A stretch of DNA of 47,476 nt from NCBI GenBank assembly GCA_017886705.1, contig JAGHJJ010000032.1:1-47476 (forward strand), written 5' to 3'. A program made the translations under genes and the position numbers. This DNA is from Bacilli bacterium (lineage in GTDB: Bacteria > Bacillota_I > Bacilli_A > RF39 > UBA660). This document shows, one piece after another, positions 9,267 to 19,060 of this stretch. Under the pieces are notes generated by a model. That model saw only the letters and a program-made list of their open reading frames with translations, did no database searches and was not told the DNA's origin. Numbering within the stretch: position 1 is the first letter of the stretch; every line of letters starts with the position of its first letter.

Positions 9267-9875
9267 TTAAGTAGTTGGAGAAACAGGAGGTGTGACAGCA
9301 CCAGAAGTAGGTCTTAAAATCTCCATATTAGCATAAGTATAATAAGAATCACTATCCTCATCACTATCCATATTACGTTCAAATTCAATCAACACACGAT
9401 ATTGTGCACCATTTAAAGATGGAACTAAAAAATTAGGTAAAAACTCAAGATAGGAAGTAAAAGAACTTCCGAAAGAATTAGCCAAACTATCATCATCTTG
9501 CAATTTCTGTTTAAATTCCGTCATATCATAATCTGTAATGATTACCTGCTTAATATCCAAGCGATCCCAGAGATTAGTACAATACGTTGCTTCAGTAGCA
9601 ACAGTTAAATCACTACATTTAAAAGAAATATACTTATTACTACTAATAGTATCTGCAGGACCACCACTACGATAAAAATCATAAGCAGCACCTTGAATAA
9701 ATCTTTTCATCCAATAAGCACCATATTTGCTATCAACATCATCATAAAACTCTCTTCGTTCATATTCACCAGCTAAGGGATAAAAATTAATATAAATAAC
9801 TGAAAAAATTGCCATAACAAAAACAGTAACTACCAAAGTTTCAACTAAAACAAAGCCTTTATTATTTTTTTTCAT
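9267..9875 (-). CDS. type IV pilin-like pseudopilin (prepilin-type N-terminal signal)
   Basis: MKKNNKG/FVLVETLVVTVFVMAIF has Gly at -1, Phe at +1 and Glu at +5. Confidence 0.7.
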   Translation of the reverse strand: MKKNNKGFVLVETLVVTVFVMAIFSVIYINFYPLAGEYERREFYDDVDSKYGAYWMKRFIQGAAYDFYRSGGPADTISSNKYISFKCSDLTVATEATYCTNLWDRLDIKQVIITDYDMTEFKQKLQDDDSLANSFGSSFTSYLEFLPNFLVPSLNGAQYRVLIEFERNMDSDEDSDSYYTYANMEILRPTSGAVTPPVSPTT

Positions 9876-9984
9876 CTTTTCACATCTACTTTCTTGCTAT
9901 TCTTATAAAACTATTATATAATAAAGTAAGATAAAATACCATAGTAAAAAATAAAGAGAGCAAAAAGTAAAAGGGGTTGACACT

Positions 9985-11907
9985 ATGATAAAATTTGACT
10001 TTACAAAGACACCAATTACGCAAATCGCTGATTATATAATCATATCAGCTGCAAAATCAAATGCATCAGACATCCACTTTGATCCAAGAGAAGATGGTAT
10101 GATGGTACGGTTTCGTGTCGATGGAGATTTACAAAATTTTACATATATACCAAAAACATATGAAAGAAATTTAACTACAAGATTAAAATTATTGGCAAAC
10201 ATGAATATTACAGAATCTCGTCTACCCCAAGATGGAGCCATCAAAGGAAACTTTGGTGGTACTTATTTGGATATGCGTGTATCTTGTCTTCCCTTAAATG
10301 AAGGTGAAAAAATAGTTATTCGTATTCTAGACTATTCCAGAAGTTTACAAGGTTTAGATTATCTAGGTTTTAATGAATCTAATCTAGCAAGATTAAAACG
10401 TATGATTCAAGTACCTAATGGCATCATATTAATTACAGGTGCTACTGGTTCTGGTAAATCTACAACAGTATACTCTATACTACAAGCCTTAAATAAAGAA
10501 GAAACAAATATTATTACAGTAGAAGACCCTATCGAAATGAATATTGAAGGAATGAACCAAGTACAAGTAAATGCCGAAATAGGAATGACCTTCGCCGCAG
10601 CTCTTCGTTCCATACTACGTCAAGATCCAAACGTTATTCTAATTGGAGAAATTCGTGATAGTGAAACAGCTCAAATCGCAGTTCGTGCCGCTATCACAGG
10701 ACACTTAGTTCTATCAACAATCCATACCAACAATACATTATCTACTGTAGAACGTTTACTAGATATGAACGTAGAGCGTTACTTACTATCCACTGCCCTA
10801 ACCGGTATCATTTCACAAAGACTTGCCAAAAAAATTTGTACAAAATGTCGTGTAGAACGAGATACCTCTAAATTTGAAAAGAAAGTATTTAAAAAATATT
10901 TAAAAAAAGATATTGATAAAATATGGGACGCTAATCCAGATGGATGTGATGCTTGTCGTAAAGGTTATAAAGGCCGTGTTGCAATTCAAGAAGTACTAGA
11001 ATTAGATGATGAAATGCGTAATGCATTAAACAATGAAAATTTAAGTAAAGATGATTTAACAAAATTAGTTTATAGTGATAAAGTAATTACCATGTTACAA
11101 GATGCTCTAGGAAAAGTAGTCGATGGAACAACAAGCTTTGAAGAAGTACTACGTGTAATCGAAATAGAAGATGCAGAAGATTTCTTTGAAAATGATGTTG
11201 CTGAAAAACTAAAAGAAAAAGAGAAAGAAAAGGATGAAAAAATAAAAAAAGAACTAGAACTTCAAGAAGAAAAACAAAATAATGAAAAAGAAGAAACTAA
11301 AACTAATAAAAATGAATTAGAAGTAGTAACACTAAATACGATAGACAAAAAAGAGAATAAAAATCAAGAACAAACAAATCAAGTAATTCCTAAAGTAATT
11401 CCAACATCTGTCAATAAAGATGAACCACCTCAAGTAAAAGCAACAAACGCAAACAAGCCAATAAATACATTAGAAAAGATACAAAAGATTGATGAAAAAA
11501 ATGCAGAACCTACACTAACTTCTAAAATACCAATAAAACAAAATCCAATCTTAAAAACTACAAATATCCAGCCAGAAGAAACAGAAATATCACAAACAGC
11601 AGCAACAACAACACAACCGACAGAACAACAACCAGAACAACACCAAACTTTAACAATTCCAACAATCAACAAAAAAATTACAAATCCAGTTACTCTACCA
11701 ACAGGACAAATAAATAATAATATAAAACCTGTAGTACAGCCAGCAGAACAACTGCAAAACTTACAAAAACAAATAAAAACTCAACAAGAACAAAATAATA
11801 TTCAACAACCAAAAATAAATCCACAACCACAACCACAACCACAACAAGAACAAGAACCTCCCCTTCCACCAATACCACTAGTAAAAATAACTCCAAGTCA
11901 AACATAA
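9985..11907 (+). CDS. GspE/PilB/ComGA-family secretion ATPase with long low-complexity C-terminal tail
   Basis: Walker A GATGSGKST, Walker B/Asp box ILIGEIRD, His box GHLVLSTIHTN and a tetracysteine CTKC...CDAC. The core ends near residue 395. The remaining roughly 245 residues are K/E-rich and then Q/P/T/N-rich. Confidence 0.85.
   Translation: MIKFDFTKTPITQIADYIIISAAKSNASDIHFDPREDGMMVRFRVDGDLQNFTYIPKTYERNLTTRLKLLANMNITESRLPQDGAIKGNFGGTYLDMRVSCLPLNEGEKIVIRILDYSRSLQGLDYLGFNESNLARLKRMIQVPNGIILITGATGSGKSTTVYSILQALNKEETNIITVEDPIEMNIEGMNQVQVNAEIGMTFAAALRSILRQDPNVILIGEIRDSETAQIAVRAAITGHLVLSTIHTNNTLSTVERLLDMNVERYLLSTALTGIISQRLAKKICTKCRVERDTSKFEKKVFKKYLKKDIDKIWDANPDGCDACRKGYKGRVAIQEVLELDDEMRNALNNENLSKDDLTKLVYSDKVITMLQDALGKVVDGTTSFEEVLRVIEIEDAEDFFENDVAEKLKEKEKEKDEKIKKELELQEEKQNNEKEETKTNKNELEVVTLNTIDKKENKNQEQTNQVIPKVIPTSVNKDEPPQVKATNANKPINTLEKIQKIDEKNAEPTLTSKIPIKQNPILKTTNIQPEETEISQTAATTTQPTEQQPEQHQTLTIPTINKKITNPVTLPTGQINNNIKPVVQPAEQLQNLQKQIKTQQEQNNIQQPKINPQPQPQPQQEQEPPLPPIPLVKITPSQT
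11821..11844 (+). repeat. (CCACAA)x4 in-frame hexanucleotide microsatellite
   Basis: Exact ccacaaccacaaccacaaccacaa, encoding PQPQPQPQ in the ATPase tail. Confidence 0.9.
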
Positions 11908-11979
11908 AATATGAATAAAAGCAAAAAAAAGATGATTCCAATATGCAAGAATCATCTTTTATATTATAATCTAAATTTA

Positions 11980-12648
11980 CTATATACTCTCTAAATATTC
12001 GAGTATTTCATCATTAATATCAGAAACATCCCGAATAACACCATCTTTAACACATTCAATTCTCTTCCAATTATACATCTCAGAAAGTTCAATATAAGCA
12101 TCTTCTGCATTTTTCAAATGTTCTTCGGAACGTTCATTCTCATCTAACACTTTCCTATTCTTTCGTAATTCTAAAGAATATTGATAAGGCATATGTAAAA
12201 AGATAGTATAATCTGGTTTAGGTAGTTGCAACAACCAGTACTCTAACTTATCAATCCATTGATACATTAAGAATCTTTCATCTTTATCTTGTATCTTACT
12301 TCCTTGGTGAGCTAGATTTGAAGTCGTATAACGATCTAAAATAACATAATAACCATCATTTAAATAAGGAAGGATTTTCTCCATATTATATTTTCTATCC
12401 GCTGCATAATATAAAGAGGCAATATGTGGATCAACTTTATCCGCGCCTTCTGGAAAATAACCTAAAGAAATTTCTGGATTACCAAGATAAGGACCACCAA
12501 CAATTCTACCCGTAGGTGAATCATACATTGGAAATCCAAAATGTACACATTTCTTTCCCTGATCCTTTAACCGTTTTTCCAATAAAACAGACTGTGTCTC
12601 CTTACCAGAACAATCTGTTCCTTCAATAACAATAATTTTACCCTTCAT
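11980..12648 (-). CDS. thymidylate kinase family protein with atypical P-loop
   Basis: VIEGTDCSGKETQ P-loop, DRYTTSNLAHQG block and about 220 aa. The residue after the P-loop Lys is Glu (GKET) rather than Ser/Thr. Confidence 0.7.
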   Translation of the reverse strand: MKGKIIVIEGTDCSGKETQSVLLEKRLKDQGKKCVHFGFPMYDSPTGRIVGGPYLGNPEISLGYFPEGADKVDPHIASLYYAADRKYNMEKILPYLNDGYYVILDRYTTSNLAHQGSKIQDKDERFLMYQWIDKLEYWLLQLPKPDYTIFLHMPYQYSLELRKNRKVLDENERSEEHLKNAEDAYIELSEMYNWKRIECVKDGVIRDVSDINDEILEYLESI

Positions 12649-12681
12649 ACCAAAGCCTCCATCAATTATCTATTCTTCTCT

Positions 12682-12710
12682 ATCATATCAAAAAATAAAT
12701 AATATCGCAA
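12682..12710 (-). promoter_or_regulatory. candidate sigma-A promoter for the Tmk-like gene
   Basis: On the minus strand, TTGCGA (12705-12710), a 17-nt spacer, then TATGAT (12682-12687). It lies just downstream of the HD-gene terminator. Confidence 0.4.
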
Positions 12711-12741
12711 CCAAAAATAAGTGTCCATTTAGACACTTATT
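12711..12741 (-). terminator. rho-independent terminator of the HD-domain gene
   Basis: Perfect 10-bp stem AATAAGTGTC (12716-12725) / GACACTTATT (12732-12741) with a 6-nt loop containing the stop codon. TTTTTGG follows on the minus strand. Confidence 0.7.
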
Positions 12742-13310
12742 CTATTATTATCATCAAAAGGGACAAGTAAAAACTTACGACTAGCTAAATAATCACACAT
12801 ATGAACAAAATTCTGATACTTTGTCTTAGGAGCTTCTAACACCTCATTACCATTATAATCCTGAGTCCAAGGTCCCATATGTGTTTTAATAACCGAACAA
12901 AGTAAATCAATCTCTTCATCACTCATAAGCAAATCTGCCTTATGTTCCATAATATAATTAGCCATTAAAATAGGATGATCAAAGCGAACATACTGTTCTT
13001 TAGGAATACCATGCTTAATTCCATCATGAAGTAAAAGTCCCATTAACATAATATCTTTCTCAATACTAGTATATTTATCTCCAATAGATGGATCTTGTAA
13101 TAACTCATACCCTATTCTAACTGCTGCCTTCGTATGACGAAGAAGTCCTCCTTCTCCTAAAGAATAACTAGGATGATATTTACCAGTAGAAGATGCAGGA
13201 ACTAAAAAAAAGTAATCTGGTAGTAGCTCTATCATCGTACGACAATCCTCTTGAATAGTCTCATCTTTAATATATCCTAATTCCACTTCAAACTCATCTA
13301 TTTTATTCAT
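12729..13310 (-). CDS. HD-domain phosphohydrolase
   Basis: Contains KYHP...H and LLLHDGIKHG (the HD motif). ATG at 13310 has a GGAGGAG SD and overlaps the hemW stop by 8 nt. Confidence 0.75.
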   Translation of the reverse strand: MNKIDEFEVELGYIKDETIQEDCRTMIELLPDYFFLVPASSTGKYHPSYSLGEGGLLRHTKAAVRIGYELLQDPSIGDKYTSIEKDIMLMGLLLHDGIKHGIPKEQYVRFDHPILMANYIMEHKADLLMSDEEIDLLCSVIKTHMGPWTQDYNGNEVLEAPKTKYQNFVHMCDYLASRKFLLVPFDDNNRISV

Positions 13311-14406
13311 AACAACACTCCTCCAATAATCTAACAAGGATTTCATTACTAAGATAAAAATATTTCTCTGGAATAGCTAAATACTCATCATCTTCTATAA
13401 GATAACCTTCTCTAACTAATTCTAAATAAGAATAGCAGTCTTCCAATTTCATTGAATATTTATCAAAAAAATTCTTCTTAGAAATACCTTTCTTAGTCCT
13501 TAAATTTAAAATCATTTCATATTCCATTTTATCATAAATGCTTAAATTTTCTTCCAGATATCGAAACTTCTTTTGTAAATAATGTGTAATACTACGAGTA
13601 TTAGTATAACGAATATCTCCTAAATATCCACTAGCACCAAGTCCAAACCCGTAATATTCCCGGTTCTGCCAGTAACATAAATTATGCCTTGAAGAATATC
13701 CCTCTTTATAAAAATTACTAATCTCATAATGCGTATAATCAGATAACTTAGAACAAATTACCTCATACATCTTTGCATCTAACTCTTCAGATATAGATTG
13801 TTCTTTGTCTAAATATAATTTCGTATGTTCTTCTAAAATTAACGAATAAGTAGAAATATGAGGAACATCTAGATTTTGAATAAAATTGATATCTTCTTCC
13901 ACCTCTTCTAAACTCTCTCCTAAAAAAGCATACATCAAATCAACATTAATATTACAAATACCAATCTTCTTACAATAAGCAATGATATGGCGAACATAAT
14001 CTAAATCCAAACTACGTCCCATCTTCTCTAAAATCCAAGCATGAGTAGACTCTAGACCAAAACTAATACGATTTACTCCATATTTCTTACAAATATCCAA
14101 CTTAGACTCTGTAATACTATCAAAATTTGCTTCAATCGTAACTTCACAAGAAGAAGATTTTTTTAAAACAGATAAAATAGAAAATAATTTTTCTAACTCA
14201 CTATCAGATAAACTACTAGGAGTTCCTCCTCCGATATAAATTGTATCTAACTCTTCCCCTTGATAATATGTAGCAATTTCTAACTGTAAAGAATCTAAAT
14301 ATTGAGAAACATACTTCCTATCGTAAAACAATTTACAAAAATCACAATAACTACAAATCTTTTTACAAAATGGAATATGAACATAACAATTTCTTACACT
14401 ACCCAT
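13303..14406 (-). CDS. hemW: radical SAM heme chaperone HemW (HemN-like, oxygen-independent coproporphyrinogen oxidase family)
   Basis: YVHIPFCKKICSYCDFC contains CX3CX2C, followed by IYIGGGTPS. The gene is near lepA, as is typical in Firmicutes. I prefer the start at MGSVRN. The track start at 14439 has no SD. Confidence 0.85.
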   Translation of the reverse strand: MGSVRNCYVHIPFCKKICSYCDFCKLFYDRKYVSQYLDSLQLEIATYYQGEELDTIYIGGGTPSSLSDSELEKLFSILSVLKKSSSCEVTIEANFDSITESKLDICKKYGVNRISFGLESTHAWILEKMGRSLDLDYVRHIIAYCKKIGICNINVDLMYAFLGESLEEVEEDINFIQNLDVPHISTYSLILEEHTKLYLDKEQSISEELDAKMYEVICSKLSDYTHYEISNFYKEGYSSRHNLCYWQNREYYGFGLGASGYLGDIRYTNTRSITHYLQKKFRYLEENLSIYDKMEYEMILNLRTKKGISKKNFFDKYSMKLEDCYSYLELVREGYLIEDDEYLAIPEKYFYLSNEILVRLLEECCYE

Positions 14407-14570
14407 GCAATACAACTTCCCTCTATTAGAACCTATCATCCGTAAACGATGCTTTAATGATTACCGAATCATAGATTTTCTCTGACTCAACGTATAAACT
14501 TTTTTGTACTTCACTTAATCTACAGATTTTTCCAAATTATTTAAACCAAGCCGGTAACACCATCACATAG

Positions 14571-14780
14571 CTACAAGACTTCAAAACTATATCCTTTTTC
14601 ATGACATAAACCCGAAAAAGCATCCTGAAAATGATGAATATCATCCCATTCAACAATTCCTCTATTATCATATTCTGCCATACAAATGAAAGCATTCGCA
14701 ATCATCTTTTCCTCTACAATAGTATTACCACTCAACCATAACACACCTAATATGACTAATTTATTTGACTTTTGATACAT
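14571..14780 (-). CDS. short ORF, possibly a truncated paralog of the upstream 185-aa gene
   Basis: The internal start MIANAF (14705) has a GAGGA SD. MIANAFICMAEYDNRGIVEWDDIHHFQDAF loosely parallels VLANAMIDISKRDSRYIIDNQDIMDYTSALLNAF in the 14756..15313 product. Confidence 0.3.
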   Translation of the reverse strand: MYQKSNKLVILGVLWLSGNTIVEEKMIANAFICMAEYDNRGIVEWDDIHHFQDAFSGLCHEKGYSFEVL

Positions 14781-15313
14781 TCAATTTGTTTTTGATACAC
14801 TTTAATAGACTCTTCTGCTTTTTGCTTCTGAGAATTCGTCCTATTTAACAAAGACTGTAACGCTAATTGATAATTTCCTTCTAAAGAAGCAAATTCTGGA
14901 ATGGAACGTTTAGGAACATCTTCCATATAATTTACATTATCACGTTCAAATAAACAAAACATACTATCTAACGGATAATTACTACGGTACTTACGAATTA
15001 AATCATCTCGACTGACCCAGGGTAACAAAATATAACTATGAATATGTTGCACACCTTTATTAAGTAACAACTTACCATTAGAACCAGTAGGCATAAAATA
15101 ATCAGTATTAATATTTTTCAATTGATTAATATCACAGTATCCTCCACAAAAATAACTTACATCAACATCAACATGATATTGCGAAAAAGCATTCAAAAGT
15201 GCACTGGTATAGTCCATAATATCCTGATTATCAATAATATATCGACTATCCCTCTTACTAATATCAATCATAGCGTTAGCTAAAACCCTAACATCACTCA
15301 TAAAATATTTCAT
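14756..15313 (-). CDS. hypothetical protein (185 aa) between lepA and hemW
   Basis: ATG lies 19 nt downstream of the lepA stop. No family recognised. The C-terminus looks coiled-coil-like. Confidence 0.55.
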   Translation of the reverse strand: MKYFMSDVRVLANAMIDISKRDSRYIIDNQDIMDYTSALLNAFSQYHVDVDVSYFCGGYCDINQLKNINTDYFMPTGSNGKLLLNKGVQHIHSYILLPWVSRDDLIRKYRSNYPLDSMFCLFERDNVNYMEDVPKRSIPEFASLEGNYQLALQSLLNRTNSQKQKAEESIKVYQKQIECIKSQIN

Positions 15314-15332
15314 AGCATCACATCACTTTCTA

Positions 15333-17129
15333 TTATTTATCACTAGTAGATAAAATTGACAAGAATGCTTCTTGTGGGACTTCAACACTACCAATTCTTT
15401 TCATTCTCTTCTTACCCTCTTTTTGCTTTTCTAAAAGCTTCTTCTTACGAGTAACATCTCCACCATAACATTTCGCTAAAACATTCTTACGAAGTGCCTT
15501 AATATCAGTTCTAGCAATCACATGATTACCTATCGCTGCTTGAATCGGTACTTCAAACATTTGTCTTGGAATAATCTCTTTTAACTTTTCAACTACAACT
15601 TTACCACGATTATAAGCAAAATCTTTATGAACAATAACCGATAATGCATCGACAACATCACCATTTAATAAGATATCCATCTTAACTAAATTACTTTCTT
15701 TATATCCAATAAACTCATAATCAAAAGAAGCATATCCCTTAGTATAAGACTTTAACTTATCAAAAAAGTCATAAACAATCTCTGATAAAGGAAGTTCATA
15801 ATGAATTGTCACCCTACTTTGATCTAAATATTCCATATTAAGAAATGTTCCTCGTTTATCTTGGCAAAGTTCCATAATCGGACCAATATAATCAGTCGGT
15901 GTAAAAATACTAGTTTTAACATAAGGCTCCATAGTCTTAGATATCACTTCTCTCTTTGGCATTTTTGTAGGAGAGTCTACCAGCATCTTAGAACCATCAC
16001 TAAGTATTACTTCATAGACAACTGAAGGAGAAGTCGCAATCAAATCAATACCAAACTCTCGCTCAATCCTCTCTTCAATAATCTCCATATGTAAAAGTCC
16101 CAAGAAACCACAGCGAAATCCAAATCCTAAAGCCTTAGAAGTTTCTGGCTCAAAAGATAAAGACGCATCATTTAATTTTAACTTTTCTAATGCCTCTCTC
16201 AAATCTTCAAACTTACTAGCATCAATCGGATAAAGTCCAGAATAAACCATAGGCTTCATTGGTTGATATCCAGGTAAGGCAACATCCGCTGGATTACTAT
16301 CCAAAGTAATAGTATCTCCTACTGAAACATCACTAATACTTTTAATAGAAGCATATAAATAACCAACTTCACCAGCTTTTAAAGAAGAAACCTTAACTTC
16401 TTTTGGCGTATTAATCGAAAGTCCTACAACATCATAGACTGCACCCGTATCCATCATACGAATGATATCCCCTACTTTTACTTTTCCTTCTACAACACGA
16501 ATACTAATAATAACACCACGATAAGCATCAAATAAACTATCAAAAATTAACGCTTTTAAAGGCTTCGTATAATCTCCGGTTGGAGCAGGAATCTTCTTAA
16601 TAATAGCTTCCAACAACTCATCAATACCTACACCAGTTTTCGCACTAGTAAAAATAATTTCATCTTTAGAAAATCCAATATTTTCAAGTTCTTCTATCAC
16701 CTTAGGAATATCCGCACTAGGTAAGTCAATCTTATTAACAACAGGAATGACTGTCAAATTATTATCAAGTGCCAAATACAAATTAGCTAGCGTCTGTGCC
16801 TCTACTCCCTGAGCCGCATCAACAACAAGTAATGCTCCCTCACATGCAGCTAAACTACGAGATACTTCATAAGAAAAATCAACATGTCCTGGAGTATCAA
16901 TCAAATGAAAATAATAATCTTCTCCTTCATGATGATACGTAAGTTGTACAGCATTTAATTTAATAGTAATACCACGCTCACGTTCAATATCCATAGAATC
17001 TAACATCTGACTCTTTAATTCACGCTTTTCAATAGCACCAGTTTTTTCCAAAATACGATCGGCAAGCGTACTTTTACCATGATCAATATGTGCAATAATA
17101 CAAAAATTTCTAATATTTTCTTGTTTCAT
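15333..17129 (-). CDS. lepA: translation elongation factor 4 (LepA)
   Basis: [26 protein letters not shown] and NKIDL G-motifs. The 598-aa length and conserved C-terminal LepA domain also fit. Confidence 0.97.
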   Translation of the reverse strand: MKQENIRNFCIIAHIDHGKSTLADRILEKTGAIEKRELKSQMLDSMDIERERGITIKLNAVQLTYHHEGEDYYFHLIDTPGHVDFSYEVSRSLAACEGALLVVDAAQGVEAQTLANLYLALDNNLTVIPVVNKIDLPSADIPKVIEELENIGFSKDEIIFTSAKTGVGIDELLEAIIKKIPAPTGDYTKPLKALIFDSLFDAYRGVIISIRVVEGKVKVGDIIRMMDTGAVYDVVGLSINTPKEVKVSSLKAGEVGYLYASIKSISDVSVGDTITLDSNPADVALPGYQPMKPMVYSGLYPIDASKFEDLREALEKLKLNDASLSFEPETSKALGFGFRCGFLGLLHMEIIEERIEREFGIDLIATSPSVVYEVILSDGSKMLVDSPTKMPKREVISKTMEPYVKTSIFTPTDYIGPIMELCQDKRGTFLNMEYLDQSRVTIHYELPLSEIVYDFFDKLKSYTKGYASFDYEFIGYKESNLVKMDILLNGDVVDALSVIVHKDFAYNRGKVVVEKLKEIIPRQMFEVPIQAAIGNHVIARTDIKALRKNVLAKCYGGDVTRKKKLLEKQKEGKKRMKRIGSVEVPQEAFLSILSTSDK

Positions 17130-17150
17130 AAACTTGCCTCCACAGAACTT

Positions 17151-17159
17151 ATTATAACA
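17151..17159 (-). promoter_or_regulatory. candidate extended -10 promoter element for lepA
   Basis: The minus strand reads TGTTATAAT (TGn plus TATAAT), about 22 nt upstream of the lepA ATG. No clear -35 box. Confidence 0.35.
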
Positions 17160-17164
17160 AACTT

Positions 17165-17196
17165 CTAAAAGAAAAGATAGAAATATCTTCTATCTT
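17165..17196 (-). terminator. candidate terminator of the 73-aa membrane protein gene
   Basis: 9-bp stem AAGATAGAA (17174-17182) / TTCTATCTT (17188-17196) with a 5-nt loop. TTCTTTT follows on the minus strand. Confidence 0.5.
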
Positions 17197-17416
17197 AAAA
17201 AATAAGACTACTAACAAAGTAAACGATAAACCCTATAATAATAGCACCAATAATGACTAATATTTTAAGAACTAATATATTAGGCTTCTTAGACTTCCTT
17301 GGTTTAGAAGAACTATCAGAACTAGACGAATCAAAATCATCAAACTTAGAATTCTCTTCTTCTAAATCATCATCTTTTTTATCAATAATATAATTTTCCT
17401 CATCAGGTACATACAT
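17195..17416 (-). CDS. small tail-anchored membrane protein (acidic/Ser-rich N-terminus, C-terminal TM)
   Basis: ATG (MYVPDEE) has an AGGAGGG SD. The C-terminal helix is ILVLKILVIIGAIIIGFIVYFV. Confidence 0.5.
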   Translation of the reverse strand: MYVPDEENYIIDKKDDDLEEENSKFDDFDSSSSDSSSKPRKSKKPNILVLKILVIIGAIIIGFIVYFVSSLIF

Positions 17417-17476
17417 AATAGTCCCTCCTATCATAATTTAATTATACCTAAGAAACTAGAATTCGTAAATTATTTC

Positions 17477-19060
17477 TTAAAAAAAAGGCTTGTATTTTTG
17501 AATAATCCATTCACTAACCTTAATACCATCCATTGCAGCAGTAGTAATTCCTCCAGCATAACCACTTCCTTCACCACATGGATAAATACCAGAAATATTT
17601 GCTTCGCCCTTATCATCTCTTATAATCTTAACTGGAGAAGACGTCCGACTTTCAACACCAGCAAAAATCGTATCCTCCCTATCAAAACCAGTAATTTTCT
17701 TCCCAAATGCAGGCATAGCTTCACAAATTGCAGAAGACACATAATCAGGTAACACATCTTTCAAATCGGAAAACTGATACCGCCCTTTCATAACTGGTTG
17801 AATCTCTCCAAAAGAAGTAGAAAAAATACCATCTTTAAAATCCCCATATAACTGTACAGGAATATGACCAGAACCAGCTAAATAAGCCTGTTTTTCTAAT
17901 TCACGCTGAAAAGAAACCCCATCTAACGGATGATGACCAAAGTCATCGGGTCCTACTGTAACAACCAAAGCACTATTGGCATTTTCACTTCCTCGGTCAT
18001 GATAGCTCATACCATTAACGGCAAGACCACCCTCTTCACTAGATGCATTAACAACATATCCACCAGGACACATACAAAATGAATAAACTCCTCGACCCTT
18101 CTCGGTAGTATAAGTTAATTTATAATCGGCAACCGGCAACCTAGAGTCAAGACTACCATATTGACTAAATTGAATCATTTTCTGTGGATGTTGTACCCTA
18201 ACACCAACTGCAAACGGTTTTGCTTGCATCATAACACCCCGGTCATATAACATCGAAAAAGTATCTCTTGCACTATGACCTATCGCTAAGACCAAAACAG
18301 AACAAGGAATAATCTCTTGATGATTAACCTCAATTCCTACTAACTTTTGATCAGAAATCACTAAATTCGTAAGACAAGTAGAATATAAAAACTCTCCACC
18401 TAAACGAATAATACTATTTCTAATATTTTTAACAACATCTCTTAACAAATCAGTTCCGATATGTGGTTTTTGTAAATACATAATCTCGGAAGGTGCACCA
18501 TGCTCTACAAAAATAGAAAAAACTTCCTTACCGCGAAAATACTTATCTTTAACAAGAGTATTTAGCTTACCATCAGAAAAAGTACCAGCACCACCTTCTC
18601 CAAACTGAACATTAGAATTAGGATTTAAAACACCCGTCTCCCAGAACTTCATAACACTCTCTACTCTCTCATCCACTTTCTCTCCTCGTTCGATAATCAA
18701 TGGATGATAACCAGCTTTTGCTAACATATAAGCACAAAATAATCCCGCAGGTCCAGTACCTACAATAACAGGACGACTAGATAGGCTAACACTTCCAGAA
18801 TCAGGATATTGATACTCTTCTTTTGGCGTTAAGAAGATATCTTTAGAAAAAACCTTCTTCAAAATTCGTCCTTCCTCTTTTACTTTAACATCCACTTCAT
18901 ACACATAATGAATATCATTCTTCCTTCTAGCATCCAATGATTTCTTTTGAATATGAACTTCTAAAATATTAGAAGAAGCTATCTTTAACCTTTTCGCAAC
19001 AATATCACATAACTTATCTTCACAATCTAAGGCAACTTTTACTTGTCGAATACGAATCAC
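17477..19060 (-). CDS. FAD-dependent oxidoreductase (COG2509-like)
   Basis: IVGTGPAGLF dinucleotide-binding motif, and the conserved C-terminal block PCGEGSGYAGGITTAAMDG. The GTG start overlaps the upstream stop (GTGA). Confidence 0.8.
   Translation of the reverse strand: MIRIRQVKVALDCEDKLCDIVAKRLKIASSNILEVHIQKKSLDARRKNDIHYVYEVDVKVKEEGRILKKVFSKDIFLTPKEEYQYPDSGSVSLSSRPVIVGTGPAGLFCAYMLAKAGYHPLIIERGEKVDERVESVMKFWETGVLNPNSNVQFGEGGAGTFSDGKLNTLVKDKYFRGKEVFSIFVEHGAPSEIMYLQKPHIGTDLLRDVVKNIRNSIIRLGGEFLYSTCLTNLVISDQKLVGIEVNHQEIIPCSVLVLAIGHSARDTFSMLYDRGVMMQAKPFAVGVRVQHPQKMIQFSQYGSLDSRLPVADYKLTYTTEKGRGVYSFCMCPGGYVVNASSEEGGLAVNGMSYHDRGSENANSALVVTVGPDDFGHHPLDGVSFQRELEKQAYLAGSGHIPVQLYGDFKDGIFSTSFGEIQPVMKGRYQFSDLKDVLPDYVSSAICEAMPAFGKKITGFDREDTIFAGVESRTSSPVKIIRDDKGEANISGIYPCGEGSGYAGGITTAAMDGIKVSEWIIQKYKPFF

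Noticed and set aside
10032-11941. Minus-strand track ORFs 10032..10244, 10407..10613, 11430..11672 and 11690..11941 opposite the PilB-like ATPase
   Set aside because: They are antisense to a motif-rich ATPase or to its repetitive tail. The V/L/F-rich translations mirror the K/E/Q codons on the coding strand.
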